Positions 1 through 15,124 of a stretch of 64,000 nt of DNA are shown here, one piece after another. Within the stretch, counting starts at the first letter, position 1. Every line of letters begins with the position of its first letter. The translations under genes were made by a program, and so were the position numbers. Below the pieces are notes generated by a model. It searched no databases. It saw only the letters and a program-made list of their open reading frames with translations, and had not been told where the DNA came from. The DNA lies in the NCBI GenBank assembly GCA_964016885.1, contig OZ024742.1:321966001-322030000 (forward strand). The letters are read 5' to 3'. The stretch is from Eledone cirrhosa (taxonomy: Eukaryota).

Positions 1-13
1 TACACATACATAC

Positions 14-49
<36 letters not shown>

Positions 50-293
50 ATACATATATATATATACATACATATATATATACATACATACACACATATA
101 TACATACATATGCATACATATATATACATATACATACATATATATACATATACATACATATACATACATATATATACATATATATATACATATATATACA
201 TACATATATATATATACATATATACATACATATATATATATACATATATATATACATACATATATATATATACATATATATATATACATATAT

Positions 294-332
<39 letters not shown>

Positions 333-483
333 TATAAACATATATATATATACATATATATATACATACATATATATATACATACATATATATATATACA
401 TATATATATACATACATATATATATATACATATATATATATACATATATATATACATATATATATATATACATATATATAAAC

Positions 484-514
<31 letters not shown>

Positions 515-554
515 CATATATATAAACATATATAAACATATATATATAAACATA

Positions 555-588
<34 letters not shown>

Positions 589-604
589 CATATATATATA
601 CATA

Positions 605-642
<38 letters not shown>

Positions 643-761
643 CAAACATATATATACATACATATATATATATACATATATATATACATATATATATATA
701 CATATACATATATATATATACATATACATATATATACATATATATATACATATATATATAC

Positions 762-808
<47 letters not shown>

Positions 809-951
809 CATATACATATATACATATACATATATATACATACACACATACATATATATATATACATATATATATATATACATATACATATATATATATA
901 CATATACATATATATACATATATATATATACATACATATATATACATATAC

Positions 952-986
<35 letters not shown>

Positions 987-1223
987 CACATATATATATA
1001 TATACATATACATATATATATATACATATATATATATATACACATATATACATACATATATATACATATACATACATATATATACATATATATATATATA
1101 TATACATACACATATATATATACATACATATATATATATATACATACATATATATATACATACATATGCATACATATATATACATATACATACATACATA
1201 TACATATACATACATATACATAC

Positions 1224-1254
<31 letters not shown>

Positions 1255-1369
1255 CATACATATATATATATACATATATACATACATATATATATATACA
1301 TATATATATACATACATATATATATATACATATATATATATACATATATATACATACATATATATAAAC

Positions 1370-1412
<43 letters not shown>

Positions 1413-1563
1413 TATAAACATATATATATATACATATATATATACATACATATATATATACATACATATATACATATACATATATATATACATACATATA
1501 TATATATACATATATATATATACATATATATATACATATATACATATATACATATATATAAAC

Positions 1564-1594
<31 letters not shown>

Positions 1595-1684
1595 CATATA
1601 TATAAACATATATAAACATATATATATAAACATATATATATATATATATATACATATATATACATATACATATATATATACATA

Positions 1685-1722
<38 letters not shown>

Positions 1723-1841
1723 CAAACATATATATACATACATATATATATATACATATATATATACATATATATATATACATATACATATATATATATA
1801 CATATACATATATATACATATATATATACATATATATATAC

Positions 1842-1888
<47 letters not shown>

Positions 1889-2001
1889 CATATACATATA
1901 TATATATACATATACATATATATATATACATATATATATATACATATATATATATACATATATATATATACATATATATATATACATATATATATATATA
2001 C

Positions 2002-2046
<45 letters not shown>

Positions 2047-2275
2047 CATATACATATATACATATATACATATACATACATACATATATATATACATACA
2101 TACATATATATATACATACATACATATATATATACATACATACATATATACATACATACATATATACATACATACATATATACATACATACATATATATA
2201 TATATACAAATATATATACATACATATATATATATATATATACATATATATATACATACATATATATATATATAT
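1..2275. repeat. Compound (TA)n/(TACA)n microsatellite with an internal ~1080-bp higher-order duplication
   Basis: Almost pure TA/CA dinucleotides. The rare AAAC interruptions recur at +1080 (line 481 equals line 1561). Confidence 0.95.
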
Positions 2276-2682
2276 GGTGGCTGCCAACTCGTTTTCGAGT
2301 ACGGCCACTACTTTATATCCATGTAGGAGAACCCCTACTGATGCGCTGAACGAGTGTGACTTTTTAGTCCAGCCAGCGACTTGAAAGCTCTGGTACAAAC
2401 ACTACACTTGTGACAATTATTGACACATAGTGCTGGGCCCATGGTACCATGTGACGACAAATGCAGAGAGATCTCCAGATATAAAGCAATGCCTGTGCCG
2501 TGAAGCTTTTATAGTGAGCAAAGGCACTGCACAAAGCCAGTCCCACTCTCTTAACCAAGATGATATTTACCAAAAAGAAGAACAAGTCAACATCATTGGA
2601 TACCATCAGGGTTGCAGGTGTTATATCAGAGTTTTCCTTCTCCTAGAATTCTGCCTTGACAAAGGCTAAGGGGTCATCTCTC
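2276..2682 (-). mobile_element. Non-coding retroposon in (ATGT)n, 5'-truncated copy A
   Basis: Near-identical to 56359-56964, 59468-59882 and 63811-63991. Shares the terminus GGCAGCCACC, with microsatellite on both sides. Confidence 0.85.
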
Positions 2683-2969
2683 TCATACATACATACATAC
2701 ATACATACATACATACATACATACATACATACATACATACATACACACATACACACACACATGTGAGTGTTTATGTATATATTTATGTGTTAGTTTACAA
2801 ACATACACAACGAGAAATGAATATGCAGCTTATATAAATATCATTGTAAATAACTATTTGCATGAATGTTTATATATATACATATATGTACATATATAAA
2901 TACATATACATACACACTGATACACACACACACACATATATATATACACACACACACACATATATATAT

Positions 2970-3038
<69 letters not shown>

Positions 3039-3287
3039 GGATATGGGGGGTTCCGTGTGTATGTGTTTGCATGTATGTGTGCCTGTATATCATGTGATGC
3101 AGGCAAAATTGGTATATAAACTGTTATGAGACGAGAAAGTTTGTACTCATGTATGAGTCAAAGTTGATGTGACGTCACCTAACTATCGACCAATCAGAAC
3201 GCGTTGTAACAAAACTTTACTTGTTGTCTTAACATACTTAATCATAAGAAAGATAAATAGACACAAACTCACTTTTGCAGTTCCACG

Positions 3288-3365
<78 letters not shown>

Positions 3366-3581
3366 TACACACTCACACACACTCACACATACATACACAC
3401 TCACACACACTCACACATACGCACGTTCTTGTGTATATTTTCGTTTGCATACATGTAATATAAATGCATATGTGTGTGTATGTGTTTGTGTATATATAGA
3501 TATATATAGATATATATACATATACATATATATGTGTGTGTGTATGTGCTTGGTGTATATGTGCTTGTGTGTATATATGCT

Positions 3582-3625
<44 letters not shown>

Positions 3626-3669
3626 TATGTTTGTGTGTATGTGCTTGTGTGTATATGTGCTGGTGTGTG

Positions 3670-3702
<33 letters not shown>

Positions 3703-4045
3703 TTTAACTAATAGCTGCTCTCTTTCCACCTAGCTGGTGTACAGACATACACACACATCTATATGTACAGACTTATACACACACAAAAAACACACACACA
3801 CATACATACACACACACAGTGATACATAGATACATACATAGATATCAATATCCACATATATACACATACACACACAAACTTTTGTATATATATATATATA
3901 TATACATAATACGAACGTTGACCTGCCTGTGTGTATGAGTGCATATATACGTACATATACACATATACACATGCACACCCACACTCAGGTATATACATAT
4001 ACACGCGCGCACACATGTACTCATTCATACACACACACACACTCT

Positions 4046-4118
<73 letters not shown>

Positions 4119-4168
4119 CTAAACACATACACACACACATACACACATATATATACACACACACACAT

Positions 4169-4218
<50 letters not shown>

Positions 4219-4751
4219 CTACACACATACACACGCCGGTCAACGTTCGCCTGGACAGTTCACTACTACTTGACAAGTAGTTTAAAAAAATTTTGGTTCA
4301 TTCTTTTCCTCTTTTTCTACTGTTTAACGTTTGTTGTTGTAATTATTGTCATTGGTGTTGTTGATGTCATGGTTGTTGTTGTTGTTATTATTTTCCTTGG
4401 CGTTGTCGTTGATATTATTGATGTCATGGCTGTTGTTGTCATTTGGTATTGTTTTGTTTTTTTGTTTGTTTTTGTTGTTCCCATTGGTGTTGGTTTCCGT
4501 GTTGATGTCATGTTTTTGGTGATGGTGTGTTGTTTTTATTGTTGTTGGTGGTAATGGTGGCGTTGTTGTTGTTATAGTTTTCGTCGTTTTCATTGCTGCT
4601 GTTACTGTTGTTGTTGTTGCTGTTGTTGTTGTTGACCGTGTTATTTATGAATTCTTTTGTTTTGTTTTCTCTATTCGTGTCCTTGTACTTTTGCTGACCT
4701 TGATTCGATTTTAACGTTGTTGTCACCATAATAATTAGTTAAACCCCACCC

Positions 4752-5020
4752 TTCTTCTTCTTCTTCTTCTTCTTCTTCTTCTTCTTCTTCTTCTTCTTCT
4801 TCTTCTTCCTTGGAGGGTCGTGGGGGCAGAGTCTTCAAGTACTCCTTCCGGTGGGTGCTGTCAGAAGCAACCGTTTCCAATTGACCCGGCCAGATCCCCA
4901 AGCGAGACCAGCCCATCTCATAAATGTTTCCCACCAATCTTGCTCGGGGTCCACCCCTGGGTCTCCTGCCGGTTGGTTTTGCCCATAATATTTGTAGCGA
5001 CTCTCTGATCTCCGTGCTAC
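4752..5020 (-). mobile_element. RTE-clade LINE 3' fragment with (GAA)n tail
   Basis: Minus-strand translation KPTGRRPRGGPRARL...WSRLGIWPGQLETVA...LKTLPPRP matches the C-terminus of Expander/Rex3-type RTE proteins and runs into (GAA)n. Confidence 0.75.
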
Positions 5021-5108
5021 TCACTCCATATTTCGGCTGTTTATATTCCTTCATACCTTAAGTTACAACATTCTCAACTATAACTTCTTTCAACATAACA
5101 CTCATTCG

Positions 5109-5192
5109 TTTTATATATACCCTTTTATATATACCCTTTTATATATACCCTTTTATATATACCCTTTTATATATACCCTTTTATATATACCC
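5109..5192. repeat. Tandem 14-mer TTTTATATATACCC x6
   Basis: Read directly. Confidence 0.9.
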
Positions 5193-5669
5193 TTCTTTAC
5201 ACAAGAGGCTTTTAACACTATTACACTAACATCAATTCTTTGACCATGAACTCATTACCTTTGTAGCTCGTGACGCATATCACATCGTATCAGATAAATA
5301 TTGATAACAGAGATAAATATGTTTAACATATTGATAATATATCTATGTCTCGGTATTAGGTAAAGTAACTTTCAACATTTTTTCTATTTTTTCGCCCCAG
5401 CTATTTTTCCAAAGGAGAATCATAAATTAAACACCAGAGGTGTTATCAATTCTATTTCATGATTTTTTTTCTAATCTTTCTCGCGAGTTATTTTGTAAAA
5501 TCTAATTAACCATTTGTATACATATTGGCCTGAAGATGTAACTAACATTCAGAGGCTGCAGTTCTGCAAACTTTGCTGGTTCATGAAACCATTGGTTACA
5601 AATGGGTTATCGCGTGTACATATACATACATATATACACACACACACTTACACACACAGACACACACAA

Positions 5670-5801
<132 letters not shown>

Positions 5802-5954
5802 CAACACCTCAGTATGCAGAATGGAGCACTCGACGAAGTGCGCAGGTTGGTTTGGTTACTCCGGAGTAATGTAAAATAAAATAAAATAATTAAGTCAAAT
5901 GTTTAAAATTTAAACGAAGCCAAATTTCAAACATTTGACTTATTTATTTTATTT

Positions 5955-6044
<90 letters not shown>

Positions 6045-6706
6045 TTTAAAATAACAAAAATACAACTTCTTGTAATCAAGTATATTTATAAACTTTTATA
6101 GCCTGAAATATTATACACTTTAATTAATTCATTACTCTGAACTAACTTAAATGATTTGAAAGTTAACGGTCAACCGGATACGTTTGGATAGTATATATAA
6201 CTAATTAACTAAGGAAATTAACCTTTATTGATTACACCCAGTTATATTTAGGATTTAGATTGATGAATATTTCTAGATAATTCAATAATTCAATGATTCG
6301 AGTTTACTCTATCGCAAAGCTATGCCCAAATGTATAGTTGTGTATAGATATATATAATTCATCCCTCCCTATAATTATAATTATTCCTCTTTGTCTCCCT
6401 TTCCTTGATCAATTCTCTTTTGCTCTCTATACCTCTACTAGCTATATTTTCCCCTCATCTGTTTTCTCTCTGTCTTTTTTTCTTTCCTCTTTCTTCAATA
6501 ATTATTTGAATCTCTAACAGTTATGTAAATTGCTGTTATGCATTTTTAAGCTTTCTTACACGCACCCTCTGTATTATATGTATTATATGTAAGTTTTTTC
6601 ATGTCTCAATCTTAAGGTATATAAATATTGAGTTTTGTCATATCTTACTCACTACCATGACTAGATCTTAACCATCTACTATGTCAGGGTATGTCATGCA
6701 TCATCT

Positions 6707-6772
6707 TATTTTATCTGATGAGGACGTACTGTTGAAGTTAGCTCAGTACCTCTGAAATATGTATAATAAAAT
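6707..6772 (+). ncRNA. Minimal type I hammerhead-like motif in a PLE pLTR remnant (imperfect stem II)
   Basis: ATTTTAT-CTGATGA-GGACGTACTG..CAGTACCTCT-GAAA-TATG-TA-TAATAAAAT. Homologous to 8237-8290 and 38092-38154. Confidence 0.55.
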
Positions 6773-7095
6773 ATAAGAAGTTCTATCACAAGAAGTTCTA
6801 TTTTTGTTAATATTTTGAATTAATATTAATAACTCCGGAAAACCATTTTTGTTGAGTGCTTCTAATCTATTGTAAAACTAATTCTTTGATTTATTCATTA
6901 AACCTTGTTTAATCTTTAAACTTTGCCTTTCATCCTTTTGAGGTGGATAGCAAAAGTAGTATAATAATACTGGGGTCGATTCTTCCTCTCTCTGGAAGAA
7001 ATCTGTTGTACTCAGGCCTGGAGAGGGATGGGCTCCTTCAGGCTTAAAATGTCAATACGGCGCCCTACGACTCTATCGGGAGTTACGGGACCATA

Positions 7096-7227
<132 letters not shown>

Positions 7228-7669
7228 AGAATCAAAGCTATGTTCAAAGCATTTATTCACTTACAATTGTTTCATCCAAACCTAGGCTTAGGTCTTCAGA
7301 GCAATTTTCAATGTTTGTATATATAACTGACCTCCTATCCAACGCAAGAGACATACAGATATATATATATATTGATGTACAGTGGAGTGACATATATTAT
7401 ACTATACTATTTTTGTACAGCAATTCAAATTCAAAATCAAAATCAAAATCAAAGTTAAAATAAAAATCAAAATTAAAATACATTCGGCAGATAAGACAGA
7501 TAATGCAAGAGGATAGTTTGATAGTCAGATTTAGTAGGTAGCGTATGCGAAACGGCCGGAGCTCAGCCGTTGGGTTCCTGACTCTTTTCCTATTACCCAC
7601 TCTACTATCATAAGTATCGAGTACTCTGGTGCGTTATGGTCCACCTGCTTTCCTACCACACTTCCTTTG

Positions 7670-7749
<80 letters not shown>

Positions 7750-7842
7750 AGTGTAACTTGGAGTTAAAGTAGGTTCACCCGGGTGAGCACTCGATGTTTA
7801 GGTTCACTTCTGTGTCGAGGTGAAGAGCTATACAGAGTGTAT

Positions 7843-8112
7843 TATATTGAAAAGATAACAAGGACGATTGGTTACTCCTTCATTACATTTATTGGTTGGT
7901 GACGCGCGTTTCGCCACTGATCAGCTCAAAGTTAAAATGCTAGTAGAAAATCTTCTACTAGCATTTTAAGGGGTCCATCGAGCTGCAGATTACAGAGTCG
8001 GGTATGATCGATACAGATCGAACCTTGAGCTGATCAGTGGCGAAACGCACGTCACCAACCAATAAATGTAATGAAGGAGTAACTAATCGTCCTTGTTATC
8101 TTTTCAATATAT
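7843..8112. mobile_element. Fold-back PLE terminus with ~85-bp inverted arms carrying the hammerhead 3' half GAAACGCGCGTC
   Basis: 7844-7929 is the reverse complement of about 8025-8112. There is an internal second hairpin (TTAAAATGCTAGTAGAA/TTCTACTAGCATTTTAA), and the right arm runs into (TA)n. Confidence 0.6.
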
Positions 8113-8236
8113 ATATATATATTAAAGAGTTAAACAAGATTCAATGAGTATATCAAAGAATGAGTTTTACAGTAGATTGGAAGCACTCTAACATCTAACA
8201 TCCATTTAACATCTCAGGGTATGTCATGTATCATTA

Positions 8237-8290
8237 TATTTTGTCTGATGAGGACGTACTGTTGTACATCCGAAATATGTATAATAAAAT
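8237..8290 (+). ncRNA. Minimal type I hammerhead ribozyme motif
   Basis: CTGATGA at 8245, stem II GGACGTAC-TGTT-GTACATCC, GAAA at 8272, then TATG-TA, with an AT-rich stem I. Confidence 0.65.
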
Positions 8291-8428
8291 GTAATTGATC
8301 AAAAGAACATCTATTTTATTAATATTTGTATTTTAATATATATATATATATATATATTTGTGCGTATAAGTGTATGTGCGCATATACATGTGTGTCACTG
8401 TGCGCACGTATATGTGCGTGTGGGTGGT

Positions 8429-8544
<116 letters not shown>

Positions 8545-8906
8545 AGTATATTTTATATTGCCGCGTAAATTTACTCCGACGTACATCTTATATACGAAGG
8601 AATTTTTACTGTATAAATGTATTTATTGTGTGTAAACAGTTCTAATTTGTTTGCATTACATATAAGAGAGGGGGAGAGCAAAGGAGAAAGAGAGGAGGAG
8701 TGATGAGAGAGGCAGTGAATGTGAGAAGCAGAGAGAGGGTGAAGCAATGTTTACACCACCACACCACCACCACCACCACACCACCACCACCATCACTACA
8801 CTTCTTCCTTCCATTCCTTCGCTGCCAAACAATCAGTAAGTCAGACATTGAATATGTAGTAATATGATAAATAATACACACACGCATATACACATATATA
8901 TACATA

Positions 8907-9075
<169 letters not shown>

Positions 9076-9089
9076 ATGTATATATATAT

Positions 9090-9163
<74 letters not shown>

Positions 9164-9909
9164 CGAGCATCATTCATATCAGTAATATAGTAAACGACAC
9201 CGAAGCGACATCAGATTGCGTTTTTAACGATGCTATTTATTTATTATGATTAATAACATTATTATTATTATTGTTTTCTCTGAACGGCACGCCACGCTTG
9301 TTTACGCTCCGTAAGTTTTGTTTGTGTACATCCATTTATATTATTCTTTTGTTTAAAAATTTTGTTTCAAAAGGGGCCTAAGTCTTTTTGCCCTGAAGAA
9401 GGGAATCCCCATACTATCCGGGTCTAGAGCCCTGTAAAACGGACCATATTATCATATGCCACATGAGTAGAAGAACGGTGTAGGTCCGCATTCCCAGGAT
9501 CCCACCAGGACTGAACCTTTGGTGGATTTTGGGATGCGTAGTCGAGGAGGGTACCATCGGGTACCGTTAAAAACATCCCGGACCATGTTCGCTATCAGGA
9601 CGTGTCCGCAATACTAGTGGTTACTGGGGGCAACAGTAGCTAAACCACCAACAACAACAACTAAGACAGAATCAATCCAATGGGGAAAATGAGATTTTAG
9701 GCACCAGAACATTTAGAGTCGCTGGGTGCCTACAAGGACATTAGAGAAAGCTTTCCATGGGACGTAGGAAACCCTAATGTAAAAGCCACGATCAGGCTTT
9801 TAAAAGGGTTTCTAAAAGAATCCCCACCAAATATGGAGGTGGAACCACCCGACCGCCACGAACGACCGGAGGGTAAATAAACACTTTTTCTCTTGATTAG
9901 CAAGGCAAC

Positions 9910-10606
9910 ATGGTTATCATAAGAGTAAATGTTCGTGGCCTTGGGTCGTTCTGGAAGCAGAGTCGCTGAACGACCTCAGGTCACTAGATATGGATCTGTC
10001 AACGCCACCGGGATATCCGACGCTCCACACCAATCCCTATTTTCGACGACTATTAGATCTTCGCAACTCTTATTCGGCCTGGAATGGGAGGTTGGTTGGT
10101 AGTACTGTTTAGGAAATGCCTGGATATCGAGGTACGGATGATCTTCCTGGACGTGAGCAATAGCGAAGATGATGCCTTTAGACTGGTGGCCATCAACGCC
10201 CCGACCGGGCCGGACGGCCGGATTTCTTTAGGCTCCTGGAAGACTTTCTAAGAACGTCTCGCACTTTACTGATAACGGGGGACTGGAACGGCATCTGGTA
10301 TGCAAAAGCCTCAAATACCTGATCAGCCAGTTCCAACTGTCTGATAGCTACCGACTAGATGTCTCGAATGCGCCAGTGTGGACCTGGACCGTATAGGGTC
10401 AGCTAGATTGTATATAGATAGGTTTTTCTTTAGATCAGCAGATAGGGATAGTATAGGTTGTACACATTGCCTATTCAGATCACCGTTGTGATCTGTGTCG
10501 TCGACGTAAATAGAACATCTAGACTAGAATCTGGTTACTGGAAGCTTAAGACGCCATGTCTGACACGTAAAGCCTACAGAGACCGAGTCACCATTTTAGT
10601 TGAGTA
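9910..10606 (+). pseudogene. Degenerate APE endonuclease of an L1/Tx1-clade LINE
   Basis: Motifs across frameshifts: VNVRGL, FRLVAINAP, DFF..LEDFL, LLITGDWN, WTW, YIDRFF, YSDH, GYWKL. Ends at the Helitron junction. Confidence 0.75.
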
Positions 10607-11037
10607 CTAGCAGAATGACCCGGCGTTGCTCGGGATTCTAAACATAGATTGGCATGTTTATCCCTCCTTTCTGAAACAGTTTCGTCATATGTTCACCAGT
10701 TGATGCAGAAGTCCTAATAAAAAGTGAAGTCGCTTTGGGTGAATAGGCAAATAATTTTCCATTAAGATTTTTCAAAAGCATGTAATTGCGTTCCCTCTCT
10801 TTTTTGTTGTTGTTTTTGCTGCTGTTGGTGTGATAGCAGCCCTTGGTCGTAATATTAACACAGTCTCGTCCTTCTTCAACCAATCGTGTATATCCCCTTC
10901 TGCCTCGTCAGCAATCAGAACAATAATTGCTCTAGGGTTCTTATATATTTGATATATATTTATCCTTAGCGAGCCTCGTGAAATAAATACGTTTGTTTAT
11001 ATTTTGTTATTGTGTATGCAAAAATATCTGTACACGA

Positions 11038-11068
<31 letters not shown>

Positions 11069-11615
11069 TAACAGATTAAAGTTTAAGCAAAGAATCACTG
11101 CTTTCACCTTTAACGGGATCTTCTGAAACTAAAAAAATCAATCTGTGAACGCAGAAATAAATATTTCGAAAAACGTTACACACTATATATATATACACAC
11201 TATATATATATACACACACTATATATATATATATACATACACACTATATATATATACACACACACTATATATATAAATACACACACTATATATATACATA
11301 TATATACACTATATATATACATATACACACACACACACAGATAGCGTCATAATGTCGTAATGCAGACATCCAGACATACAGACAGATATTATAAGGGCAC
11401 GACGTCGTAAAAAGAAAGACTAAGAATTATAGAGAGATCGCTAAATCGCCTAATGCGGTCCCTAGGGCATTGAAAATTTGAAATATTTTTTGCTCAAAAC
11501 ACTCAAAGGACCATAAGTATTACATGTGTAAAGTTTGAAAACAATCGGTTGGGTGGTTCTCGAGTTTTAGGGAGTCAGACAGACAGACAGACATTCACTA
11601 TTTTAGATATATAGA
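10607..11615 (-). mobile_element. Non-autonomous Helitron
   Basis: Minus strand starts TCTATATATCTAAAATAGTGAATGTCTGTCTG and ends with the hairpin CCCGAGCAACGCCGGG followed by TCATTCTG-CTAG. It sits between A and T with no TSD. Confidence 0.75.
11060..11180 (-). mobile_element. Naiad pLTR fragment with CAGAAGA hammerhead, nested inside the Helitron
   Basis: Matches the reverse complement of about 19190-19310. A second pLTR piece at 10936-10980 is in the opposite orientation. Confidence 0.75.
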
Positions 11616-12006
11616 TAAGTTGACATGGAGTCACTCTCACCCAGAAATGGGTCGAGAGAAAGCTGTCCCATCGTATATATATATAGGTAAAGGTCGTAAA
11701 TTAGTGGATACACAAAAGAAACAAGTTGATATATTAAGTACCAGACTTGGAAAAATTACACAGAACATTTCAAGAAATTTTTTTTTTTACCAAAAAATAC
11801 TTTAAAAACAGGAAGAAGTGTCATTAACCGCGAGTATCCGGTTTACAGCGACACCTGTCTTAGTCACGCGTACACATAGGCATAGACGCATTTTACACAC
11901 TATAAGGGTAGGTAAACAGTTGTATGTGTATTTTATACATTATGAAATCATCATCGAACCTACCAACAGCGATCGAGTTAAACTGGCAGAAGGTGGCTGA
12001 TTACCA

Positions 12007-12190
12007 ATAATTGTTTCTACTTTTTGGCACAAGGCCAGCAATTACCCAGTGCATTACTGGTACTTTATTTTATCGACCCCGTAAGGATGAAAGGCAAAGT
12101 CAACCTCAGCGGGATTTGAACTCAGATCGTTAAGGGACGTAACTATGCTGGAAAGCATGGCATCCGACCCTCTACCGATACTGCCCCAAT
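12007..12190 (-). mobile_element. tRNA-head SINE (GCCTTTCATCCTTACGGGGTCGATAAA body)
   Basis: Box A/B-like GGCAGTATCGGTAG..GAGTTCAAATCCC, conserved body and AGAAACAATTATT tail. More than 10 copies in the window. Confidence 0.85.
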
Positions 12191-12546
12191 AATGAGTAGT
12201 GTATATATATTTAGCTGTCTAACTCACAGCACATAGCAGCAGCAGTCAGTCAGTCAGCAGATTGTTTGTTGAATGAATGAAAGCGTACCGGAAGTGACGT
12301 GGCAAGCAACGTATACTGACTCACTTTTTTCAAAAGACAAACAAAACACAACAGCAACGAGGCTAATTCTTGCTTGGCATCTTCTCTCGCTCAGAGGAAT
12401 TACAGTCTTTTATCCTGTTAACTTGTCTCTCACAATGTATGTATATGTATGTTTGTATGTATGCATACGTACATATGTATGTATATGCATATGTATATAT
12501 ATATATATATATATACATATGCATATATATATATATATTTATATAT

Positions 12547-12688
<142 letters not shown>

Positions 12689-13257
12689 ATAGAGAAATTA
12701 ATGTGTGCAAGAAGCCAGCAGTATTTCATAATATATAAGTGACTATAACGTCAAGATGGAAAATATTTAAAGTAAGATATGGGAAAATAATTCAAACTCA
12801 ATTAAAAAAAAAAAGTCAAGACAAAATTTTATCCACAGATTTTGTGAAATACAAGGAAAACACCAATCGTCTTAACTCATTGTGTGCGTGTGTATGTATG
12901 TGTGCGTGCGTGCGCGTGTGTGTGTGTGTGTGTGTGTGCGCGTGTGTGTGTGTGTATGTGTGTGTGCATGTGTGTATGTATGTATTTATGTGTATGTGAA
13001 TGAGTGTGTATGTATGTAGTTTTTATTGTGTGAAATTTGTTGTAAAGTTTTCTCTAAGTGTATTCTAAACACCAAATATATTGTGTGTATTCTGTATACA
13101 GTATATAAATAGTGTATATACAACAGTCATTAACATGACTGTATTGTATTGTATTGTTGAAACACACCATACAGATATATATTTTTCTCATGCTTCCGGC
13201 ACCAAAATGTGAATAAAGAAGACAGAATTTCACTTCACGTTCCTCTGTATCTTAATT

Positions 13258-13338
<81 letters not shown>

Positions 13339-13390
13339 ATTCTAAGGAAAATTCCGTGAATAACCGGGGCTGCGAGTGCCGGGAGTACAC

Positions 13391-13429
<39 letters not shown>

Positions 13430-13447
13430 TCATTCGGGAGAAATCAT

Positions 13448-13533
<86 letters not shown>

Positions 13534-13591
13534 CTTTGATAACTTTGGTAGGTTTCGGCCAGTATTGGCCCAGGCCATGTCTAACTTAATA

Positions 13592-13641
<50 letters not shown>

Positions 13642-13774
13642 ATGATGATTTCTCCCGAATGAAACAGTTCTAGTCCTGTAGAAGCCATTTCTATATTAAA
13701 TATCTATACTCTGCTATGTATTGAGTACCTTACTTATTGTGGTTATCCCCGATTGAACCCGGGACAAGCATATG

Positions 13775-13805
<31 letters not shown>

Positions 13806-13966
13806 TCGTATATATTAATTTACAACTCTATAAAGTTAGCTGTCTCTAATACGTAAACATCTTAATGAAAGGATAAGATATATTAATAAATTATCTACTC
13901 AGAGAAGTATCAAAATATATTAAACTTAACCCAAATCTCATTTTGCGGGGATATAAGCTAAATCGG

Positions 13967-14084
<118 letters not shown>

Positions 14085-14762
14085 GTAATAAATTTGAAGA
14101 CTAAAATCCAAAGATTAAAATCCAATTATCGATAAGGATAAATATATATCAAATATATAAGAACCCTAAGCAGCGATTCTTTGCTTAAACTTTAATCTGT
14201 TATTTTAATAAATATATATATATATAACTTAATAATAACTATGTATAACTTTAATGAATATATATATATAACTTAACCCCAAATCTCATTTTGGGAGGAT
14301 ATACGGAAAATCGGCTTAAGAAGTTGGCTTTAACTTATATAATACCCCAACCATGGTTTCTGGAACTCAAGATACATCAGGAATTCCAAGACATTGGAAT
14401 AACCAATATTGGAGAGTTGAAGTTCTTTTATCGGGAGGTGAATTCTTCTTGGAAATAAGGGGACAAGTTGAATATATATAATATATAACATTTAGTTACT
14501 GGAACCGTAAGGTGAACAAGGAAGGTGTATCGCTGAATTACTATATAAATATATTCCACCCAAGGAGACACGTTGAATATATATATATCATATATACCAT
14601 GCCGTTAATAGACTACATGGTCAGACACCATGTTGAAACACTGAATTACTGTATGAATATTACCTACTTAATATATTAGGACAATACAACAGGCTGATAT
14701 TTACACTGGAAATAGCAGCCAAACCGTCTAAATCAGCTCAACGATGGTGAAGCAGTCAATAT

Positions 14763-14851
<89 letters not shown>

Positions 14852-15124
14852 TAAGAGATTAAAGTTTAAGCAAAGAATCGCTGCTTTCACCCGTAACGGG
14901 ATCTTCTGAAACTAACAAAGACAATCTGTAAACGCAGAAGTGGATATTTCAAAAAAACGTTGCAACCGGAGGAAGACAGGAAGGCGATACTTTGGTTCGT
15001 GGAAACGTTCCCTTCACAAAACATACTGGTAATATATACTTACCTATGCAAATAAGTAATGGTATAAATATAATATATACTTAGCTACCACATCAAGACG
15101 TGAAATATCCACGTATAGATCGTA

